Origin: Guillardia theta CCMP2712
Taxonomy: Eukaryota; Protista; Cryptophyta
DNA length: 64,000 bases
Assembly (NCBI RefSeq): GCF_000315625.1
Contig: NW_005434649.1
Coordinates: 434,001-498,000 of the forward strand
Reading direction: 5' to 3'
Under the pieces are notes generated by a model, which saw only the letters and a list, made by a program, of their open reading frames with translations, was not told where the DNA came from and ran no database searches. Every line of letters starts with the position of its first letter. The first letter of the stretch is position 1. Position numbers and translations under genes: made by a program. Of this stretch, positions 58,046 through 64,000 are shown piece by piece.

Positions 58046-61000
58046 TTATGGTGCTGCTAAAAAATTGAAACCTTTGATTACATCAATTATGTTTTCAATC
58101 TTATCTTGTTTTATCAGTATTAATTTGTAATCAAAATAACGATGTCTTTCTTTATTTTTTGTGTATTCTTTCTGTTTGCCTTCTGTTTTCATTTTACAAT
58201 TTAATAGTTTCTCTAGAAGGAAATTTATCTTACTTTCAGTTCTTTTGCTAAACTCTGGTTCCTTTAGTAAGAATTGGTTTATGAAACACTCATAAATCTC
58301 CTTTATCAACACCTCATTCTCACACAATCTCCTGCCTGATACATAACCCCTCTCAAGGGCATTGTGATCCCTCAGATCAATACCGAGCACATCAATAAGA
58401 TTGTCTAAGATATATTTCAATCTGTTATAAGTGTGCATAGCGTCATTCTGTATGATTACCTTAACAATGTTATATTTGTCTTGTGGCGAATTTAATACAA
58501 TGAGAGATGTAATGATGTTGTAAGGCTTTGTCATGAACTTGTCATATAACCTCTCATATTCCGTGAAGGGCAGCAATTCCTTGAATTCTATATTTTTTCC
58601 AGACATCTCATCCTTATATGTGGAAGTATATATCACGTCTGTAAAATACTTCGAATATATGTAAGTCTTAGTCAATGCCTTACGATCATTGCTGCTCTTC
58701 AACATATTCAGAATGTTTGTATATGCTATGTTGAAACCATAATATGTCCCTACATAACCCTCCCTTAACAACATATTGTGGAACTTTCCATACACAGGAT
58801 GATTATAGAAGCCATGAACTAAGGCCTCCTTCTCATCATGATCCTCCGGTGTTATATTATAATCTTCAGTTAATGCTTTATAAAGATCCTGATGGGTCCT
58901 GATACATCCCTTATCTACAAATAGGTTGTCCTTGTAACAATTGTCAATATGGTATTTAAATAACTCAATCAAAAAGGGCTTTGAGATATGATCTCTCTCT
59001 GCTATATCAATCCTGAGCCTCTCTTGCATCTCTCTATACGACGCCATCATGTTCTTATCGGTTCCATTGTATTTCTCTTTGATATGCCTCTCAATCTCAG
59101 ATCTATGAGGAGTATACCTATGCTCATAATCAAAATTCCTCTTGCAATAGATTATATTCAACTGATAGCCATCCTCATCGGTTTTTACGTATCGAAATCT
59201 TTGAGATGCCTGTATCATCTGATTTGTCTTTATGAAACCCTTCTCAATGTTCCCAAATTCTTCAATTATATGGATCTTCAAATCCCAATAATCAGGGGTC
59301 TCCTCGCTGAATCCAGTGCATATGGTGTTCGTGTGCAAGAACACCTGTACCTTGTCTTTTGCAATCAATGATGGGTTCTTTATATATTTATCAATCTCCT
59401 TATCCTTTTTTGTATCTCCTGTAACTATCACGGCCTTTATCCCTTCTCTTTCAAACCGATCCATAAACTTTTTCCTGTGCTTCTGGAACATCATTACACC
59501 GCACACATTCCGTCCTGCCTTAACATGTCTCACTATGTCTTCAAGTGCTAGATTCTCAACTGTATATTTGTCGCAATCTATCTTCTTTGAATACTTTGGA
59601 ATGTCACATGCTAGAACATACTTCTGTTTCAATCTTGTAGATGCTGTATGATAGAAAGATATTGTCTCCTGTTCATAGATAGATGCTAAGTTCTCGATGA
59701 AATTGACACATGGTTTAGATATATTGAATAAGGCATCTGCAAAGATTACCGCCTTAGCATTCAATATTACATTGTGCAGGATCTCATATATCTTGGTTCT
59801 GGTCTCTAGATCCTTTCTATCATCTGTAGTGCAATTCTCTAGAGCACCAATAGTCTCTTCTGCTTCATCTATAAAAACTAAATCATACTCTAAAAACTGT
59901 AACTTGTGCAAAGATTGTATGGAACACACAAGGCGTTGGCTATCGTAATTTGATCTGCTGGATGACTGATAGAGATTAAACAACCTTATATTGTCAAATT
60001 TCAGATCTTTTCGATGTTTGTTTATGGTCTTATTGAACCTTGAAGTAACAGAAGTCGCAAGATTGCGGTTTGCTATTATATTCAATACTCTATCATTTGG
60101 CTTTATAAGACCCAACATCTGTTCTGTCTTGCCATAACCACATCCTGCCGACAGGCATATGAACTTAGATGTTAATTGTATCATATCCCCATACCTTGGG
60201 TATGGCTTGACATTGAATATAGCTGGAAACTCATTGATTGGGATAACTGACCGTTTGAAGAGGTTACACTTAAACCATCCTGCCCATAAATCCTTGTTAC
60301 ACTTTGTAGCAAAATAATTAAGAAATCTATAAGGACCTAAAGGGTTAAATTCTCCCTCCTCTTGTTCTATCTTAGTCATAGAATAGTCTAATATAGACTT
60401 AATGAATTTATGATGTTTCTCTCTATCATTCTCAGCAATGGTTGGTATAACCTCCTTCAACCTCTTTATCATGGTTGCCATGTCCATTTTGTAGTAACCA
60501 GTTATGCCATTCTCATTGCACAGCCGCCTTAGTTGGTTTCTCTTTTGAAGGCTGTAGCTATGGCATTCTTCATATCCCTTTTCTGTCCAATTGAATATGT
60601 GCTCCCTGAAGACCTCAATCCTCTCTGAATAGTCTATAGGATTAGATCCTTGCAAGTCCTCAAAGAATTCCCTTGAAACACCAAGCAATACCTTGAATAT
60701 GGCTTTAACAATCCTGTACCATAGGCTAAAGTTTATGATGTTGATGTCATTCTTTATAGACTTTAAGCAACAGAGAATGTAATGATCATCATAGAATTCC
60801 TCTTGAGGGCTCTCTATGCTTAGCTTTATCTTAAGATCCTTCTTGATTGATTTTTTTATAATTGATGAATGTTTCTTATCTATGCCTGTTTCTCCTTTGA
60901 TTGTCTCTATTGGGATTATCACATTCTTTACAGTTCCATAGCTGCGTACAAGATACATGTAATAACTTAAACCTAAGGGTTGAACAGGTTTGAGGATCAA

Positions 61001-61810
61001 AGTGGAGCCCTTCTTGGATTGATAGGGCATGCGAAAGCACCTATTGTCTGAATAGATCCTAATATCTATGATTGGTTTAGGGAATTGGCTATCAAATAAG
61101 AAGAATTCAGAATCAAATAGATCTCTAAAGACTTGCCTCTGTTTCCATTCAAACAAGAAAGGGAGTATGATATGATACGAAACCTTATATGACCCTTTGC
61201 AGGATAATCCACAGGATTCTAGTATCACTGTATCATCCTTAGAAATGTTCAAATCAAAATGATTGTTTACAATGTTCACTAAGTTGGAACATAGGTTCAT
61301 AATCTTATCGAAAATAGGAAAGATGCCCTTCTCTCTCTGTTTATCATATTCTTGGGCCTGATTAATATTCTCTATGATATAATCTATATCAATAGGAAAT
61401 TTGACAAGATCATCATTTCCTAGTATCTCATATCCATGGAAATTATGTAGGAAGATAGGATGCTTATAATGCACCAATGCATACTGCTTGCTTCCAGGCT
61501 TAGCATCCGGGTCAGGAGTGTCTCTTGCAATCTTCACATTGGCTCTGTTCTTGATATGTAGATCACTTGTGTTCTGTAGAAGCCCATCCTTCCCATCCTT
61601 CAGACGATAAAACCAATTCACTTCCTGAATAAGTGTGGTTTGAAGGAATTCATACAGGATGTTACGGGTTTTCCTTTTGATACGCTCAAATTGTCCTAAT
61701 TGTCTTGCTTTCAATCCAATACGGACAAATGATCTCAACTCATTTGTCTTGAAGTGTTCATATATCGTATTGTCATCAGTATCTTCCTTAGATGGAAAAT
61801 ATAATCGCAT
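58046..61810 (-). CDS. AEP primase-polymerase (PrimPol) fused to UL9/origin-binding-protein-type SF2 helicase
   Basis: AEP motifs YE.......KFPIDID, KVSYH, IDIRIYSDNRCFRMPYQSK; PriCT-like FSLWYRIVKAI; helicase motifs AGCGYGKT, NRNLA, SIQSLHKL, VFIDEAE, VIFADA, TNTICTGFS, QASQRFR. Confidence 0.88.
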   Translation of the reverse strand: MRLYFPSKEDTDDNTIYEHFKTNELRSFVRIGLKARQLGQFERIKRKTRNILYEFLQTTLIQEVNWFYRLKDGKDGLLQNTSDLHIKNRANVKIARDTPDPDAKPGSKQYALVHYKHPIFLHNFHGYEILGNDDLVKFPIDIDYIIENINQAQEYDKQREKGIFPIFDKIMNLCSNLVNIVNNHFDLNISKDDTVILESCGLSCKGSYKVSYHIILPFLFEWKQRQVFRDLFDSEFFLFDSQFPKPIIDIRIYSDNRCFRMPYQSKKGSTLILKPVQPLGLSYYMYLVRSYGTVKNVIIPIETIKGETGIDKKHSSIIKKSIKKDLKIKLSIESPQEEFYDDHYILCCLKSIKNDINIINFSLWYRIVKAIFKVLLGVSREFFEDLQGSNPIDYSERIEVFREHIFNWTEKGYEECHSYSLQKRNQLRRLCNENGITGYYKMDMATMIKRLKEVIPTIAENDREKHHKFIKSILDYSMTKIEQEEGEFNPLGPYRFLNYFATKCNKDLWAGWFKCNLFKRSVIPINEFPAIFNVKPYPRYGDMIQLTSKFICLSAGCGYGKTEQMLGLIKPNDRVLNIIANRNLATSVTSRFNKTINKHRKDLKFDNIRLFNLYQSSSRSNYDSQRLVCSIQSLHKLQFLEYDLVFIDEAEETIGALENCTTDDRKDLETRTKIYEILHNVILNAKAVIFADALFNISKPCVNFIENLASIYEQETISFYHTASTRLKQKYVLACDIPKYSKKIDCDKYTVENLALEDIVRHVKAGRNVCGVMMFQKHRKKFMDRFEREGIKAVIVTGDTKKDKEIDKYIKNPSLIAKDKVQVFLHTNTICTGFSEETPDYWDLKIHIIEEFGNIEKGFIKTNQMIQASQRFRYVKTDEDGYQLNIIYCKRNFDYEHRYTPHRSEIERHIKEKYNGTDKNMMASYREMQERLRIDIAERDHISKPFLIELFKYHIDNCYKDNLFVDKGCIRTHQDLYKALTEDYNITPEDHDEKEALVHGFYNHPVYGKFHNMLLREGYVGTYYGFNIAYTNILNMLKSSNDRKALTKTYIYSKYFTDVIYTSTYKDEMSGKNIEFKELLPFTEYERLYDKFMTKPYNIITSLIVLNSPQDKYNIVKVIIQNDAMHTYNRLKYILDNLIDVLGIDLRDHNALERGYVSGRRLCENEVLIKEIYECFINQFLLKEPEFSKRTESKINFLLEKLLNCKMKTEGKQKEYTKNKERHRYFDYKLILIKQDKIENIIDVIKGFNFLAAP

Positions 61811-61856
61811 GCTACTTTGCTATTATAACTAATAAATTTGTTTATATGGTTTTTAC

Positions 61857-62162
61857 TCACTTATGTGGAGTATTAGCTTCATTCTTTTCCATAATCTTTT
61901 TCTGATAATACCTCCTACTTTGCTCCTTAATTCGTTCCCTATATTCTGGATCATTTTTGTACCTCTCATTCCTATATTTACGGATACTCTCATTAACTTT
62001 TTCTCTAAATTCAGGATTTGTCTCATACCGTATTCTATTGCATCTGTTTATTACATCATACACAACTGTCTTTATTGTTCCATCATCCTTCCTCCGTTGA
62101 ATAAACTCTTTTGATTTCTTCCGGCTATACTCTCTCTCCGCTGCTCTCTTCTCCTCTTCCAT
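61857..62162 (-). CDS. Small basic helical protein (putative DNA-binding, virus-like)
   Basis: 101 aa; repeated RY..NPE[FY]RE motifs and SRRYYQKK; same strand and just upstream of the PrimPol-helicase. Confidence 0.6.
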   Translation of the reverse strand: MEEEKRAAEREYSRKKSKEFIQRRKDDGTIKTVVYDVINRCNRIRYETNPEFREKVNESIRKYRNERYKNDPEYRERIKEQSRRYYQKKIMEKNEANTPHK

Positions 62163-62205
62163 GTTATTTATAACTATATATGGGAATTGTTTATGTATTT
62201 ATTGG

Positions 62206-62757
62206 TTATCTACACAATGATTTCATGCTGTTTTCTATTGTCTTGAGAAAATTAATTCTATTCTGTCTTGTGAAGGTCTTTATGTCATTAAAAGAACCCT
62301 TCAGTTTATTTATTATTGACACTACATCATCCTTATCCTTCTCTTGTGCTTGTTTCAACTTTTTATTCTCTGCTTTTAAATCTTCTATGATCTGTTTATT
62401 CTTCTTTATCTCATTCTTCAGGTCACGATTCGCCCCCATCAGATGTGCATTGTGTATAGATAAGATCGCATTCTCTCTTCTTTCTGTATCATTCCGCAAG
62501 TCTTGAAAGATTTGTACAAACTCTGAGATCACATCTGAATATGTTCTCTCTTTGTCTTCAATTTCATTTATCATCGCATAATCCTTGTATGTAAACCTCA
62601 ATACATGTTCTTTTGTGTATTGCGATTCACATAGCTTTATACGGTTATTGTATCTACATAAAGGACATTGAAACAATATTACTGGGTAATATTCTTCATT
62701 ATACTTCACTATATTCTTATCTCTACCATCTATCATATTATTCACATCATAATACAA
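62206..62757 (-). CDS. Hypothetical protein with CxxC motif and coiled-coil C-terminus
   Basis: FQCPLC, then heptad-rich LKNEIKKNKQIIEDLKAENKKLKQ; starts just inside the right TIR. Confidence 0.55.
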   Translation of the reverse strand: MYYDVNNMIDGRDKNIVKYNEEYYPVILFQCPLCRYNNRIKLCESQYTKEHVLRFTYKDYAMINEIEDKERTYSDVISEFVQIFQDLRNDTERRENAILSIHNAHLMGANRDLKNEIKKNKQIIEDLKAENKKLKQAQEKDKDDVVSIINKLKGSFNDIKTFTRQNRINFLKTIENSMKSLCR

Positions 62758-62841
62758 TGCAGCTTGCTCTGATAAATCTTTTAACTCATAATGTGATAAG
62801 ATCTCATTTATTCTTTCATTCGATCTGAATGAATCAAATAA

Positions 62842-63041
62842 TATAGAATATATTATAGTACACTAGTAGTATATGTAAATGTATTTTTAGAAATCATGCA
62901 TTTTAATAGTATTCATGCATTTTATCTTTTGGTCTTTAAATTTAAGTTGTAATGAAATTCGAAATAGATGGGATTTTGCATTTCACTTATGCATTTTTAG
63001 TGCTTTTATGCATATTGGTCTTTAAGGTCTTTAATATAAAT
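62842..63041 (-). repeat. Right terminal inverted repeat (200 bp)
   Basis: TATAGAATATATTATAGTA...GGTCTTTAAGGTCTTTAATATAAAT, the reverse complement of 51320-51519. Confidence 0.97.
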
Positions 63042-63405
63042 GAGGCTATTTCGGCCTAGTCGGGGCGACTAATTAGGAAGTCGAGGACCCACCCCCTGCC
63101 CCCGATCTGACGATTTGCAGAGGCTGCCAGGTACTGAAGATTCACGCCGGTCCACACCGGCACCGGTAGTTACTGGGGCCAGAAAACACCGGTCTGAAGG
63201 GGTGGGCACCCACCCTCGAACCAGCAAAGTGACTTCACAAGGAGTCCCATTACCACCCCTACCCCCTCTTCTTAGTTCCTACTAGGCTCCTCTTGCTAGT
63301 GGCTCTGCATTTCTTGAGAGGATGGTTGGCGCGGGCAATTCGCCATGATCAGAGGTCGCCGTGCGCTGAGGACGTAGGAAGATTGAGCGAGCTTCAGCTG
63401 AAGTG

Positions 63406-64000
63406 ATGGAGATGGAACAGAAGTACAAGGAACTGCAGGAACTCTTGCAGCAGCGAGAGCAAGATCTCATGGCCGCTACCGACATAGGGGAAATGCTGCT
63501 GGAGCGAAACAGGAGCCTGAACGACAAGATCAATGCCCTAACCCTTAGAATCCAAGAGATGGAAGAAGAAAGATTGTGTGCTTCAGCATCTGACGAAGAT
63601 GAGAACATGAGAACCTCGTTGGAGCTTGAGCATGAGACTGAGCTCTCAAGTAGAGTTTTCCGGCGTGAAACCTCGCTTCAAGATGCTGTGGGAGAGCTCA
63701 ACAACTCCCTCATCATCAACGACAAACTTCGCAGTATCATCCAGCGCCTGGAAAGCACAATATCTGAGATGTCATACCAGTCTGCGGAGGCAACAGCCTT
63801 CATGTCCTGGAAGCTGTCGACGGACCGATCACACAGGAGCAAATTGAAAGAAGAGCTACAATCGCTAGAGAGGCAGCTTGATGACACTAGTGCGTTATGG
63901 AAGCAAGGAAACGATCAATCCATGACAGAGATATCCAAGCTGCAAGCTCTCAACTCCGATCTTCGTCGGCAAGTAATGGATCTGTCATCCGAAAATGAAG
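63406..64000 (+). CDS. Host coiled-coil protein, 5' part, with HAP1/BICD-like N-terminal CC1-box
   Basis: Frame open from ATG 63406 to the window end: MEMEQKYKELQELLQQREQDLMAATDIGEMLLERNRSL...; absent from the ORF track because there is no stop in the window. Confidence 0.65.
   Translation, partial: MEMEQKYKELQELLQQREQDLMAATDIGEMLLERNRSLNDKINALTLRIQEMEEERLCASASDEDENMRTSLELEHETELSSRVFRRETSLQDAVGELNNSLIINDKLRSIIQRLESTISEMSYQSAEATAFMSWKLSTDRSHRSKLKEELQSLERQLDDTSALWKQGNDQSMTEISKLQALNSDLRRQVMDLSSENE

Larger units (their letters stand above)
51320..63041. mobile_element. AT-rich virus-like/transpoviron-like DNA element with perfect 200-bp TIRs, encoding a PrimPol-helicase
   Basis: Abrupt GC drop; 51320-51519 is the exact reverse complement of 62842-63041; intronless NCLDV/PLV-style genes inside; lies between divergent host genes. 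Confidence 0.9.

Noticed and set aside
51320-63041. Canonical Polinton/Maverick or virophage
   Set aside because: No pPolB, rve integrase, packaging ATPase, protease or intact major capsid ORF; the termini are not AG...CT and there is no exact 6-bp TSD.

Overview
Eukaryotic (protist/algal) nuclear DNA. It is GC-rich and gene-dense, with many short GT-AG introns. The style (tiny introns, huge IPT/TIG proteins) suggests a cryptophyte such as Guillardia, but that is inference only. 1-15 kb holds ordinary spliced housekeeping genes: mitoribosomal mS33, a PTGR3/ZADH2-like oxidoreductase, a DUF2064 glycosyltransferase, a WD40 protein, an ACOT9-like thioesterase and a coiled-coil protein. 16.3-49.3 kb is a single uninterrupted 10,988-codon ORF built from a six-fold super-repeat [LamG-like + Calx-beta + ~10 IPT/TIG], followed by a propeller-like region, cadherin-like repeats and a Kelch-like propeller. 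The stand-out feature is an AT-rich 11.7-kb insertion (51320-63041) bounded by perfect 200-bp terminal inverted repeats. It carries intronless virus-like genes: a PrimPol fused to a UL9/origin-binding-type SF2 helicase, a DCL-HNH nuclease, a split-RING protein and two small ORFs. It also carries an array of ~200-bp units whose hairpins show compensatory changes and GNA triloops, a strongly G-depleted decayed coding tract, and a nested 2.8-kb TIR transposon. No intact integrase, family-B polymerase, packaging ATPase or major capsid gene is visible. It looks like a capsid-less or reduced, transpoviron-/Polinton-like-virus-related replicon integrated in a divergent promoter region. Exon boundaries of the spliced genes are approximate.
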